From assembly GCF_048593235.1 (NCBI RefSeq), contig NC_133619.1:636656558-636720557 (forward strand): a DNA stretch of 64,000 nt. Reading direction: 5' to 3'. Below the pieces are notes generated by a model. It saw only the letters and a program-made list of their open reading frames with translations. It was not told where the DNA came from and made no database searches. Positions 1-11,959 of the stretch are shown piece by piece. A program made the translations under genes and the position numbers. Each line of letters opens with the position of its first letter. Position 1 is the stretch's first letter. Source of the DNA: Sminthopsis crassicaudata (lineage: Eukaryota).

Positions 1-50
1 ATGAGGGGCCTGGCACACAGCACAGGAGGCAGGCAGTCTTGTGACCTCTG

Positions 51-56
51 TTTATT
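51..56 (-). terminator. Poly(A) signal AATAAA of CAPNS1
   Basis: tttatt at 51-56, about 520 nt downstream of the CAPNS1 stop on the minus strand. Confidence 0.75.
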
Positions 57-578
57 TTGGGCTTTGGGCCGCCCTGAACCCTGCCCCGGCTCCCAGCCCA
101 CCCTGGGGGGCGGGGGGGGGGGGGGCTAAGCACATGGGGGAAGGCACTAGACACCAGCCAGGTGGCGTGTGGTAGCGGACGTGGCAAAGCATAGAACACG
201 CGTGGGCAGGCTCCTGGGGCAGCGGCCCGCACGAGAGAACACACGGGGTGTGTGGGGGGGCTCTGGGGGGGCAGGGAGGGGACGTGTTTGCAGGGGGTGC
301 TGGGGGGCGCTGGGAGGGGGGAGGGGATGTGCTTGCTGGAGGGCTTGGGGGAGCAGGGGGCACGTATGTTAGAGAAGGGACGTGTTTATAGGGGTGCTGG
401 GGGGCACTGGGAGGGGGGAGGGGAGCAGGGGCTCCTGGTAGAGACCGTGTTTGCAGGGGCGGGGGTACGAGGGCGCGCCCAGGGATGGCACAGCACCGGC
501 GGCTGTGGGCGCCTGTGCCAGAGGCTCCCACGTCAGGCTGAGATTGACAACGGCAGTCAGGAGAAGGGACGCTCGGCC

Positions 579-3500
579 TCAGGAGTACATGGTCAGCTGC
601 AGCCACTGTGGGGGGGAGGAGTGAGTGGGGGCGCTCCTCCCAGGGCCACCCCCCCACCCCGGGCTGAGAGCAGCGCCCGCACCGGGCCCCCCAGAGCACG
701 GCCCTCACCTCTTGGATGTTCACCCGGATCTGCCCGCTGCCATCCTTGTCCAGAGACTTGAAGGCACCTGGGTTGGGGGGGCAGAAGGTTGGCAGGAGAG
801 TGGTGTGTTCTGGGAAGTCCCACTCCAGGGAGGGTTCAAGAGCGCAGAATGGGGAGGGGCACCCCCCCGCCCCCGCAGGCCCAGCTCACTCACGGAACAT
901 GGCGTCGAGGCGCACGAGGCAGCTGATGAAGTTGTCGAAGTCCATGCTGCCGTCCTCGTCGGAGTAGCGCCGAATGATCATCTGGTACAGCTCCGGGCTG
1001 AGCTGGAAGCCTGGGGGGTCACCAGGGGTCAGAGGAAGCCCTCCCTCTGCCCTCCCCCCTACATGCCCGGGGCAGGGCCCAGCAAGCCCCCGCACTTTGG
1101 TTCTCCCAGGGTCGGGCCGGAGCCTGTCCTCTCCTCCCAGGCCCGCTAGTCCAGCCCCTGTGGAAGGGGGGCCTCAGATTCTGTGGCTCCTTTGAGTCGC
1201 CGAACCCCGAACATTCCCGCAGCCCCGGGGTCTGCCTGGCGGTTACCGATAACTCTGGGTCTTTCAGCACCGCTGGGAGGTGGCGGTGATTGCCCTCGGT
1301 CTTACCGATGGAAAAGGGGGCTCAGGTTGTAGGCTCCCACAGCGGGCAGCAGCAAAACTCAGCACACAGTAGGTGCTTTAACAAAGACTTTTTGAGGGGC
1401 AGCTGGGTGGTCAGCCCTGGAGTCAGGACCCGAGTTCAAATCTGGCCTCTTAGCTCCTCCTGGCTGTGGGACCCTGAGCAAGTCACTTAACCCCAGTTGC
1501 CTCAGGGGAAAAACCAAACCTGCTTTTTGACTGAGGCTGGCTCTCCCCACAAGCCTCGAGGGCATAATCCCTGTGGGGGGAGGGATTTTTTTGGATTAAG
1601 TGGTTCCCCAGTGCTTGCGCACAGTAGGTGCTTAATAAACACTGACTGGACTGGACACTGAGTCCCGGCCTGTCACTGAAGGAGCACTCGCCATAGAGGA
1701 GGGATCTCACTGACCCCCCGCTGGTTTTGGACCGTCCCGCGTCTGTCACTCAGGGCCACCTCAGGAGGGAGGGGGTGCAAGGGTTCACTCCCCCTTTTTG
1801 TAAACGAAGGCACTAAGGCTGGGAAATCCTGCTATGGCCAGTGAGTGTCCCAGGAAGGACCCGAACTCGGGCCTCCTCGGGGCCTTCTCCAGGCCTCGGC
1901 CTCCCCCTCTCTAAAGGGGTCGGATTGGCTGCCCTGGAAGCCCAGCTCTAAGTCCCGACTTGTGAGACTGAGGTTCTGGGTCAGTCGCAGCCCATGTGGG
2001 CCCTTCTGTGGGGCGGGGCTGAGGGCTCAGGACCCTGGGTTCAGATTCCGCCATTTTGGGTCATGAGCCCCTATTGGAAGCCTACACTCAGGACAGAATT
2101 TTCAGCTGGAGGTTTCTGAAAATAAAGAGGATTTTTCCCATCCCAGGTCATGACCCCTGGGCCACATCTCCGGCCCGGTGGGGGCCACAGGCCACGAGTT
2201 ATTTCCTGTCCTGACCAAATCCCAGGTCTGTTCCCTCCCTAACTGTACCTCGCCTCTGGGCCCTGCCCCCACCTCCACTGCTGGACAAATGCAGCCCTCC
2301 AGCCCCACAGCCCCCGAACCTGCAGCCGAAAAGGCTCCCGGAAGCTCGTTGCTGCTGATGGTCCCCGAGCGGTCTAAGTCGAACTGTTTGTAGATGGCCT
2401 GGAGCGGGGAAGGGGACAGGGAGAGGTCAGGGGGCGCTGGGAAGGTCCCTAGTGGGGAGGGGGTGGCCGGGACTGGGGGGGGGAAGGTGCGTCCTGGGGG
2501 CGGGCCCACCTGCCACTTCTTTATGTTGTTCCAAAGGTACTTAAACTCCTCAAAGCCGAGTTTGCCCGTGGTGTCGCTCTGGTGGAGGCAGAGTTAAGGC
2601 TCAAATTGGGAGGGAGGCCATTATGTGAAGGGGGGCCTGACGCAGCTCCCATCATGTGGGAGGTCAGAGTGGGGACCCCCGGGGACCAGCCCTCAAGCCT
2701 CTGAAGCCCAAGGATACATCCATGACGGCCACCATGCTCCTGCAGGTGTCGATGGCAAAACCATCCGTCTTCAGGTCAGGATCTGTAGATACCAAGGTCC
2801 AAGGTCAGACTTCAACCTCAGTGCCCTGGCCCAGCCCTCCCCGCCAGGTCGCCGGGCACTCACGTCGAGTCACCACCTTATTCAGGATGTTCATGAGCTC
2901 CGAGGCACTGACCTCCATGTCCTGCAGGGAGAGGTCGGAGGAGACATTGGGGAAGGAGGAAGACGAAGGGAGTGAGGGAAGGGGCTGGACCCCGGGGTAC
3001 CGTCCCTGGGGGACCCAAGAGGGGGCACTCACATCGCCGGCCAGCTGAGCAAACAGCCTCCTGAACTGCCGGACCTCCTCGCTCTCATTGGCTTCGATGT
3101 TGGAGTAGTGGGACCGAGGGGGCTGGGGGGAAGAGCAGGGTCAGTGCAGACACGGCCCCAGTTTTCCATCCAGGCCGGCTCCTCCCACCCAAGGGCCCAG
3201 GCTTGCCCCCCTCTGGGATCTCCCCCCAGGCAGGCAGAGCAGGGCCTCCGTGGGTCGGGGGGCTTCACTTACCGGGGGCTCTGGGTTATAATTGGCTGCA
3301 GCTTCACTAGAGAGAAGAAGAGGGAGTGTCAAGGAAGGGGCAGAGGCTGGCCTACCCTCTCCCAAAACCGGTCTGGCGGCCTGCAGAAAGGCCTCTGCCC
3401 AGGCCGAGAGCCTCCTCACCCACCCTGGGAGCTGTGTGTGGATCCCTGCCAAGAACCAGAAATCGCCACCCCCGTCCCCTCCCAGAATGCTCCACTCACT

Positions 3501-6500
3501 GACACCCCCCCAAGTTTGGGTCCCTACACACCAACGCCTCCCCCAAGTTTGGGTCCCTATGCCCTCCCCTTCCCCCTCCAGATGCTTCTTAGTTTCATTC
3601 AAAATCTCAATCACTTCCTGACAAAGTGCCCACAGAACCCTCCCAGGTAACTACAAGATCTCAGGAAACCAGACCCGGGCTGGCAAAGGGAGGGCAGCAT
3701 TCCGCCCGAGCAGTCAGCTCCCCCCACTTGGGCAAGCCCTTCCCCCTTTCCGGCAGGGCCTTGGTCCTCTCTGAGAGGTCGCATCCCCGCTGCAGGAGGG
3801 GCCTCCATCACCCCTCCCATCCTCATCTCCGAGGGGGGGAGGGCACAGACTGGCCGGCTTCTTCCCCCTTTCCATCCTGGGTCTGAGGCTCTCCCTACCG
3901 AGGGCCAGGACAGCCCCAGCACCTTTCCTGCGCTAACCCTTTGGACTCCCCGTTCTAACTTCCCATCTCCAGTTTTCCAGTTTCAACAAAAGTTTATTAA
4001 CAAATGCCTCTAAATTCAAAATAAATGTATTCAAAATAAATACATAAATAAATAATAAGTGTATTCAAAATAAATAAACTAAAAAAATTTGTCTCTAGCA
4101 GCTGGCCCACCCAGGCCTCTTACTCCCCGAGTGACGATCAGCAAAAAACTTCATCTCATCTCCCCGGGCCTTGGGCTCCCCGTTTGCTAAACGAGGGAGA
4201 CCTGTGGAGCCTCCCCTCTAGGGCCCATGTGGTAAAACCTCTGCACCCCTTCCTAGAAGCAGGTTTTTAAAGCAATAAAACATGTATGATCACAAAGGAA
4301 GCCAATTTTACAATTATACAAGCATTAACAGAAAGTTTTAAAAGCCCCTGTCTGAATCCTAGCAGCCCGGTCACAAGGCTCCCCGGGTCTTGCCCCTCTC
4401 CCACAAGGCGCCTCAAGCAGCCTCCCTCCCATGCGGGGGGAATCCCCATCCCGAGCCGGGGCTGGTTCTCTCGTGGCCCCCGGGTGACTGCCGACTCAAG
4501 AGGAGACACCCGGGTATCCTTCCAATGACCCGGCGGGTTTGCCTGTTACTGTAAGGCTTGTGTGGCAGCTTCCTGCCAGCTGTGAGTCATCCCTCCATCC
4601 CATGAGTCTGGTGCTCCAGGCCCTGGCCGAGGCGCCCAGCCCCTTGCTTCCCATCTAGCAGGAAGCATGGGACCGGTTACCCCAGAAGTCAGAGAACAAA
4701 AGCACCCCCAGGCACAAAGAGCTCATGGCAGCTCTCTTTGAGCGAGTGAGGAACGGGAGACTGAGGGAAAGCCCATCAAAGGGGCACGGCTAACAAGGTG
4801 TGACCTAGGAAAGTTCCAGGGCACTGCTGTGCTGTGAGATCCGGGACAAGATATATAATAGGTCACACAATAAACCCAGGAGGACCTAGATCAGGGGACA
4901 AGGTATACAGTAGGTCACACAATAAACCCAGGAGGACCTAGATCAGGGGACAAGGTATACAGTAGGCCACACAATAAAGCTAGGAGGACCTAGATCCGGG
5001 GCAAGGTATACAGTAGTCCACACAATAAACCCAGGAGGACCTAGATCCGGGGCAAGGTATACAGTAGGTCACACAATAAACCCAGGAGGACCTAGATCAG
5101 GGGACAAGGTATACAGTAGGCCACACAATAAACCCAGGAGGACCTAGATCCGGGGCAAGGTATACAGTAGGCCACACAATAAAGCTAGGAGGACCTAGAT
5201 CCGGGGCAAGGTATACAGTAGGTCACACAATAAACCCAGGAGGACCTAGATCCGGGGACAAGGTATACAGTAGGCCACACAATAAAGCTAGGAGGACCTA
5301 GATCCGGGGCAAGGTATACAGTAGTCCACACAATAAACCCAGGAGGACCTAGATCCGGGGCAAGGTATACAGTAGGTCACACAATAAACCCAGGAGGACC
5401 TAGATCAGGGGACAAGGTATACAGTAGGCCACACAATAAACCCAGGAGGACCTAGATCCGGGGCAAGGTATACAGTAGGCCACACAATAAAGCTAGGAGG
5501 ACCTAGATCCGGGGCAAGGTATACAGTAGGTCACACAATAAACCCAGGAGGACCTAGATCCGGGGACAAGGTATACAGTAGGCCACACAATAAAGCTAGG
5601 AGGACCTAGATCCGGGGCAAGGTATACAGTAGGCCACACAATAAACCCAGGAGGACCTAGATCCGGGGACAAGGTATACAGTAGGCCACACAATAAAGCT
5701 AGGAGGACCTAGATCCGGGGACAAGGTATACAGTAGGTCACACAATAAACCCAGGAGGACCTAGATCCGGGGACAAGGTAAAAGTGGCCAGTGCTGTAAA
5801 GACCACCAAACGCCCAGGTGAGAACAAGCGCCCCGCCCTGACTCCGGAGGAGCTGCTCTGCTCGTTTCTCTTTCTCAGTGAGACCCAGTGGGAGAGAGCT
5901 CGGGTGCAAAACTAAAGAGGGTCCAGGAGCACAGTTTTAAAAACGGCGGGTCAGAAAGGAGCCCGGAAAGCAGGACAGCTGTGAAAGCCCCAGGTTTTCT
6001 GCTTTTGCTGGGAAAGAAAATCACAATCTGTTGTTTCCCAACCACCTTTTTATGTATCAGGTGCCGTGGGTCAGGGTGGGTTTGTGAAATTCTAAATAGA
6101 AAAAATTGCCTTGGGTCTGTACCGCCCACACTAGCTTGGTCAATTTGGGTCTTGATTCTCCTGTTTGTAAAACAGGACTCAAGCGTTCCTTCCAACTCCC
6201 AATCTGTTGTGTTCCGATCCCACAGTCCCGGTAACTCATCTACCCCCAACCCCGCCCCGTTCTCTGCTTTCTCCCTCAGGAAACTTCTCTTCCTTTTGTC
6301 ACTGACAGATTCTTCAGGATTTTCACCATCTCCCACAGCCTGAATACAGGTTGTCCGTCTGTCTCTCCCTCTTTCCATCTGTCTCTATCTCCCTTCCTTT
6401 GTCTTTCTCTCTGTTTTGTCTGTCTCTCACTCTCCCTTTGTCTCTTGTCTGTCTCTCTCTGTCCCCTCAGGCCCCCATCCTCTATCTCCCAGGCCCGGCC

Positions 6501-9500
6501 AGTCCCACCTTGGACACACATTCCAAACTGACTTGCAGCCATTCCTCACCTCATTCCTTCGTGGGATGTCACTGCTTCTAAGCAAACATTTCCCAAGGAC
6601 TGTGCTGGGCACCGGGGAGGACGGGAGGTGGGGAGAGTTAGAGCCAACCCAACCTCGTCCCCGTAGAATCACAGTCGGGGCACCCAGGATTGGGGGTCAG
6701 GAGCCCAAGACTCAAGATCTGGTTTTGACTTTCATTTTCAGTCCCAGATTTCCTCCCTTCCTCTGTCCATCTCCCACCCACAGGGAAGGCAAAAAAATAC
6801 AAACCCATTCCACATAGAAACTCTGACCCTCTCTTGCTCTGTGACCACAGCCAAGCTCATGTAAACTCTCTGGGCCTCCTGGGCCAAATGGTGATAAAAA
6901 CTCGCAGCAACTACTGGGCAGAATTATGGGAAGGTTCCAGTGAGATAAGGGAGATGGAGAACTTTTCCAATCTCAAAGCAAGATAATTGTNNNNNNNNNN
7001 NNNNNNNNNNNNNNNNNNNNNNNNNNNNNNNNNNNNNNNNNNNNNNNNNNNNNNNNNNNNNNNNNNNNNNNNNNNNNNNNNNNNNNNNNNNNNNNNNNNN
7101 NNNNNNNNNNNNNNNNNNNNNNNNNNNNNNNNNNNNNNNNNNNNNNNNNNNNNNNNNNNNNNNNNNNNNNNNNNNNNNNNNNNNNNNNNNNNNNNNNNNN
7201 NNNNNNNNNNNNNNNNNNNNNNNNNNNNNNNNNNNNNNNNNNNNNNNNNNNNNNNNNNNNNNNNNNNNNNNNNNNNNNNNNNNACTGCCACTCAGGGAAA
7301 TTTGGGGGTTGGCAGACAGGAGTAATTAGCTGTAATTTTTTTTATCTATGTAAAAGAAAGGGCCCCTTGCTGGCCCAGTGGATAGGCCATCAGGCCTGGC
7401 GTCAGGAAGACCAGAGTTCAAATTCGCCCTCACTAGCCATGCGAGCCTGGGCAAGTCAGTTAATCCTGCTTGCCTCAGTTTCCTCACCTGTAAAATGAGC
7501 CAGAGAAGGAAACAATACCTCAAGAGGTTTCACAAAGAGATGGACACAAATAAGTGAGGCACGACAACGTACAGGTGGACAATGCTGATCTCGTTCCAGG
7601 TAGGTCAGGAAGGACCTGAAGATGCCTTACAAGTCCCTGGCTGGGAGCTGGGACCCACTATGAGATATTCTGCACTGTGGGAGGGCTCCCCCTCACCGGG
7701 AGTTCCCAACACCAAAGAGACCGCCAGTCCAGACCATCAATTTCCAGAAGATGGCACAGGGATCTGTTTCTGATTCTAACAGTTCTCCGGAACTTGATGG
7801 TAGGTGGGGGAAATCTCTTCCATGGCTCGCACTGGGAGAGTGGGTGAGGAAAGATCACGGGCAGAATTTGAACTCGGGTCCTCCTGACTGCAAAGCAGGC
7901 CCTCGAACATCCCCCAGTGTGGCCTCCTTCCCCAGAGTGGTTATGAGGACAGGCTTATCTTTCTCCCTTCACCAAGTCCTCCTCCTTTCAGCTCCATCCC
8001 CAACTCCTGACTTCCGAGTAATCCTGCCGCCCCCCAGCCCAGCTGGGACCGCCCTGTAAGCGTCTCCTCCTCTCAGAACGGGCCGGATCCTTGTCTCTCA
8101 CGGGTACCCCCGCCCCAGCAAGATGCTCGGCACCCAATAAATGCTTTTCCTCTTCCCCGGATCTCAACGTATCTCCCACCACGCTCCTCCTTTCCCCCGT
8201 GGGATCCCCTCCTGGAGCAGGGGTACCACCTCTCGCTCCTACAGCCAAAGCTTAAGTCTGGCACCAGAATGGGTCCTGCCGCCCCGGCTCCCTTCTCCTT
8301 CCCACGGGGACAGAGTGTTCCCACCGTCTGGGGGCTCCGGGAAATCGTGCAAAACACACAGCAGGAAAGCGCCCCTGCCCCGGGGCTCACTCCCACTGCC
8401 GGGCTCAGGTAACGGGCCCAAAGGGAGGGAAGGGGCAGCCGCGGGCAGACCCAGAGGCCACAGCAAGGAGGCCGCTGCGTCACCACCCCTTCGGCTTCCC
8501 AGTCTTAGAAAGCTCTTCCCTCCACTGAAGTCCCCAGCCTGCCACCTCTGCCTCCAGCATCTCGCCAGGCTCCGCTCTGCTCCCCGGCCCCTCCCTGAGG
8601 GCCCTGCCACAGCCGCTGCTGAGCCCCCCCCACGGGACTCATTCAGGGCCAGGAATAACCCTCCGTGGTCTCACTAGAGTCAGACCTCAGCAGCAGGTGG
8701 CCCTGGCCTCGTTAAGGCGGCACAAGAGGAAACCAGAGAAAACAAGGGATGGGGGCCGGCCAAGATGCTTCCCCCACTGGCTGCTTCTGCTCAGTCACCC
8801 GTGGCTCCTTACTGCCCGCAGACTCCCCCGGAATCAGGACCTGCCTAACCCCGCATCCAGTTCCCCCCTCAGCCAGCTCTGTTTACTCTCCGGCGGCCCC
8901 GCCCCTTCAGCTGTAGCTGGGGAGGAGGGGGGACTCCTACCTAGGGACATTACTCAGATTGTGGGTCTCCAATTACAGACTGTCCGTCTGGAAGGGCCTA
9001 GCCCAGCCCCTTTTTACACAGACGGAAACAGATTTGCCCAAAGTCCCACAAACACTGGGGTTCGAAGGGAGGACTTGAATCCCTCCGGCCCCCCAATGCG
9101 TATATATACATCTGTGGCTCTGGCCCTACGGTATCCAAACTCTCAGGCAACACCAGCTCTGAGGGGGAGGGGCTGCCTCTGGTTCGTGCCCATCCCCCCC
9201 CGGGGTCTCCCCCCCCCCCCCCCGGGTGTCAGACTCTGGGGAGCCTCAGTTTCCTCAACTGGGAGGGGGACATTCCCGGCCGACACCGCACCAAATAAAA
9301 TCCAGCCTTCAGTCCTGGGCACCCGGGGACTCCCAGCCCCTCGTTCGTGGGAAGCCCGGGCTCAGGGGAAGTTTCTTCCCGCACTGTACACAGAGTGTGG
9401 TCTGACCAACCCCACCCCCACCCCCACCCCCTTCCCCGCCACACACCTGCCGGGACTCCCTACTGAAGCAGGTTAACGTAGTTCAAGCGGATTCCCCACC

Positions 9501-9970
9501 GGCTCAGGCCCACTCCCCTCCCAGCTTCCTCCGGGACTCCCCACGTCCGCCGATCCCCCTGCGCCCCCACCCGAGCTCCCCACGTCCGCGTTCCCTCACG
9601 TGCCGGGCCCCCCTTGCCCAGGGCCCCCCTTCCGCAGCTCCCCACGGCCCAGGGCCCCGGCTCACCTGATGGCGTTGATGACGCCGCCTAGGAAGCCCAT
9701 GGCGCCCCCGGCCCTGCCGCCGCCTCCGCCTCCGCCTCCGCCGCCGCCGCCGCCGCCCCCGCTGAGCAGCCCCCCGATGACATTGCCGATGCCTCCAGCG
9801 CCGCCGCCCCCTCCTCCGCCGCCGCCGCCGCTGAGCAGCCCTCCGATGACATTGCCGATGCCGCCGCCGCCGCCGCCGCCTCCGCCTCCGCCGCTGAGCA
9901 GCCCCCCGAGAGCGTTCCCGGCGCCGCCGCCGCCGCCCTTCCCGCCCAGGAATGAATTAACCAGGAACAT
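579..9970 (-). CDS. CAPNS1: Calpain small regulatory subunit 1, 10 coding exons, 300 aa
   Basis: Coding exons (minus): 9666-9970, 3273-3306, 3033-3122, 2864-2921, 2718-2782, 2510-2578, 2320-2398, 894-1010, 709-767, 579-605. Total 903 nt, all GT-AG, phases consistent. Translation MFLVNSFL-(Gly-rich)...[12 protein letters not shown]...[28 protein letters not shown]...[17 protein letters not shown]...WLQLTMYS* matches the calpain small subunit (domain V plus penta-EF-hand). Confidence 0.97.
1396..1512 (+). mobile_element. tRNA-derived marsupial SINE (WSINE1/Mar1-like), degenerate
   Basis: ggggcagct...gagttcaaat (B box)...caagtcacttaaccccagttgcctc followed by an A-rich tail. Confidence 0.75.
4841..5780. 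repeat. 51/52-bp VNTR, about 18 monomers, in CAPNS1 intron 2
   Basis: Unit ggtcacacaataaacccaggaggacctagatccggggacaaggtatacagta. Monomer starts at 4861, 4913, 4965, 5016, 5067, 5119, 5170, 5221, 5273, 5324, 5375, 5427, 5478, 5529, 5581, 5632, 5684, 5736. Confidence 0.97.
6345..6465. repeat. TC/TG-rich low-complexity repeat
   Basis: Run of tgtctctc-like units. Confidence 0.7.
6991..7283. other. Assembly gap (293 N)
   Basis: Run of N. Confidence 1.
7350..7510 (+). mobile_element. MIR/Mar1-like CORE-SINE
   Basis: gagttcaaatt...ctgggcaagtcagttaa...cctcagtttcctcacctgtaaaatgag (CORE-SINE 3' motif). Confidence 0.7.
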
Positions 9971-11050
9971 GTCTGCAGGACCTGGGGCGGGAGGAGGGGG
10001 GAGCACGAGTCAGGACCCCGGCCCGGCCGGGATGCGAGGCGGGAGGGCTCGGAGCGGGCCTGAGGAGCTGGGAGTCTGGGGGGCTGGGGCCGGCGTGGGG
10101 CCCCCGGGCTGAGGGGAGCTCTTGCTTGTGACTGAGCGTGGGGGTCAGGAAACATGGGACAGGAGGCATTGGAGCAGGGCTTGGAGGGCTCAAGGCCAGG
10201 TTGGGGGAGTCCTGAGCCGCGCTGGGGGGGTGTCTCTGACTCGGGGCCCGGATCTGGGGACCCTCTCACCCTGATCTCGGCCTCAGTTTTCCCGGCTCCG
10301 GACTGGCCTCTGGTCCTCCGCGATCCGCTCCTCTCGGTCCGGCGCAGGAGGGTCGGGCGGGGCCGGGGTGACTCAGGGGCGGCCCCGCCCGGGGCGATGT
10401 GCCTTCTCTGGGCGTCCGCGCGGCCCTAGAGCCCAGTCCTCCAGACCTCCCGCTCCGGCCCCGCCCCTCCCCGCTGCATAACGGGACCCTGGTGTCCCCG
10501 CCTCCCCGCTGCTCCCCGGAACGGGATTCCGGCAAGGAAGGAAGGGGCGGATGCCTTCGCCTTTAATAACCCCACCGAGTTCCCCCCCTCCCCCCATGAC
10601 TCAGGGCAGCTGTTTTCTGGAGTTTTTCGGGGTCCACAGGACACGCGAGGGACTATGCAGGGACTACCGGGTCCCAGGGCAGAAGCGGGGGGGGAGGGGG
10701 GGGGCGGGGCGTCAGCCTAGACTAGCCGGGGAAGGAGGGGAGAGGACTGGGATGACTCCTCCGTCCCCATCCCTGTCCCCGCCCCCCGGAAGCCGGGCCC
10801 TGGTTTCACTCCGCAGCCCCGGGGACCATTCCGAGAAGCGGAAGTGACTGGGGTGGGGAGGGGAGACGATAAGCCCGCGGCTCCGGGTGGGGCCGGTCCT
10901 TGTCCAGGGGGCGGGGCTATGGGGCACTTGCCCTGCCCGCTCCGTGGCTGCTCCACGTTTGTGGCCCACCGGTGCGGCCTCCAGGGCACTCCGGCCACAC
11001 TCTGCGGTTCCTCCCTCGTGCCCCTCCGCCCCCAGCCGGCTGGCCTTCCC
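9500..11050 (-). promoter_or_regulatory. CAPNS1 CpG-island promoter with probable non-coding exon 1 (donor at 10269/10270)
   Basis: High CpG density. GC boxes ggccccgccc at 10381 and about 10457, ETS-type gcggaagtg near 10838, and AGG|GTGAGA donor on the minus strand at 10270. The exon 2 acceptor lies 2 nt upstream of the ATG, so an upstream non-coding exon is required. Confidence 0.65.
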
Positions 11051-11959
11051 CGGGCTCCCCCGTTGGGCTGCCCACTTATCATGGGAAGAGATTGTTTGCG
11101 ATGAATGCAAACGAGCACAGATTAAGTGCCTACTGTGTTCCAAGCTCCGAGCTGCTAGGTCTTGGGACCTAGGACTGTGCAGGACACTTAGTGGGGACTG
11201 ACCGATGCTTGCTGCGTCACCGCCAGCTCTAGGAAAGCCCAAAGAAGTCTAAAAACAAATCACGTGGGAAACAATTCACTCTTTGTTAGGAACTACGGGG
11301 GAAATTAGAAGTCTGGCGGAAATGAGGTTCGGACCCATTAGTCAGCCCATATCCCTCAATCATTCCAAAATAGACGTGGCCCGAACGGGGGACTGGGGCC
11401 AGACCGGGGATTTCACGAAGCAGGAAACTCCCGAAGGAATCAATTCCCTCCATCAGCTCGGTAGCACACACACTGCAATTTAGTGCCGAGGCTGGTGTTT
11501 GCTTCAAGTCATACTGGAGAGAGCCCCCCAATCGGGAAGGCCCCAGCCCCAAATGCCCTATTAGAGTACGTTTAAAGGGCAAGGGCTTTCTTAAATTTTT
11601 AGTATTCTTCCCTCTGAAGCATTTCTTGTAATAGTATAGAAAAATGAAAGCATGCACTATATCAAAAAAAAGTTTTAAGACATGAAATTGTGGTCCTCCC
11701 CAGCTGCACAAAATGCGGGAGAGGCAGATTAAGATCAAATTAACCATATCACTTCTCTGGAGTCATGTTTGATCTTTATAATTTTGTGGAGATGATTTCT
11801 ATACTAAACAAAAGATGGGGGAAATTGCAAAAAAACAGCTGTTTGCTTAGTTGAAACTCCCAAGTTTTGCATGAACAAAATTAATGCAAGGAGGATAAAA
11901 TTAACTGTGAAAAACATTATCTTTGTCTATTTCTGATATTTGGGCTCATATCTAAAGCT

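Noticed and set aside
52-761. Long ORFs (223 aa minus, 169 aa plus) over the CAPNS1 3'UTR
   Set aside because: Low-complexity Pro/Gly translations expected from very GC-rich DNA; no recognisable domain.
3504-3560. 35-bp direct duplication ccccaagtttgggtcccta
   Set aside because: Only two copies with unrelated intervening sequence; ordinary slippage duplication, not an array.
4841-5780. VNTR as a CRISPR-like array
   Set aside because: Monomers are contiguous with no unique spacers, in a vertebrate intron with no cas genes.
6200-6350. Plus-strand pyrimidine-tract/AG motifs suggesting a nested antisense gene in CAPNS1 intron 2
   Set aside because: No consistent exon chain or recognisable peptide, and the donors are weak.
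9688-10269. 193-aa Ala-rich ORF (-) and 170-aa Pro-rich ORF (+)
   Set aside because: Alternative-frame and antisense shadows of the CAPNS1 poly-Gly exon.
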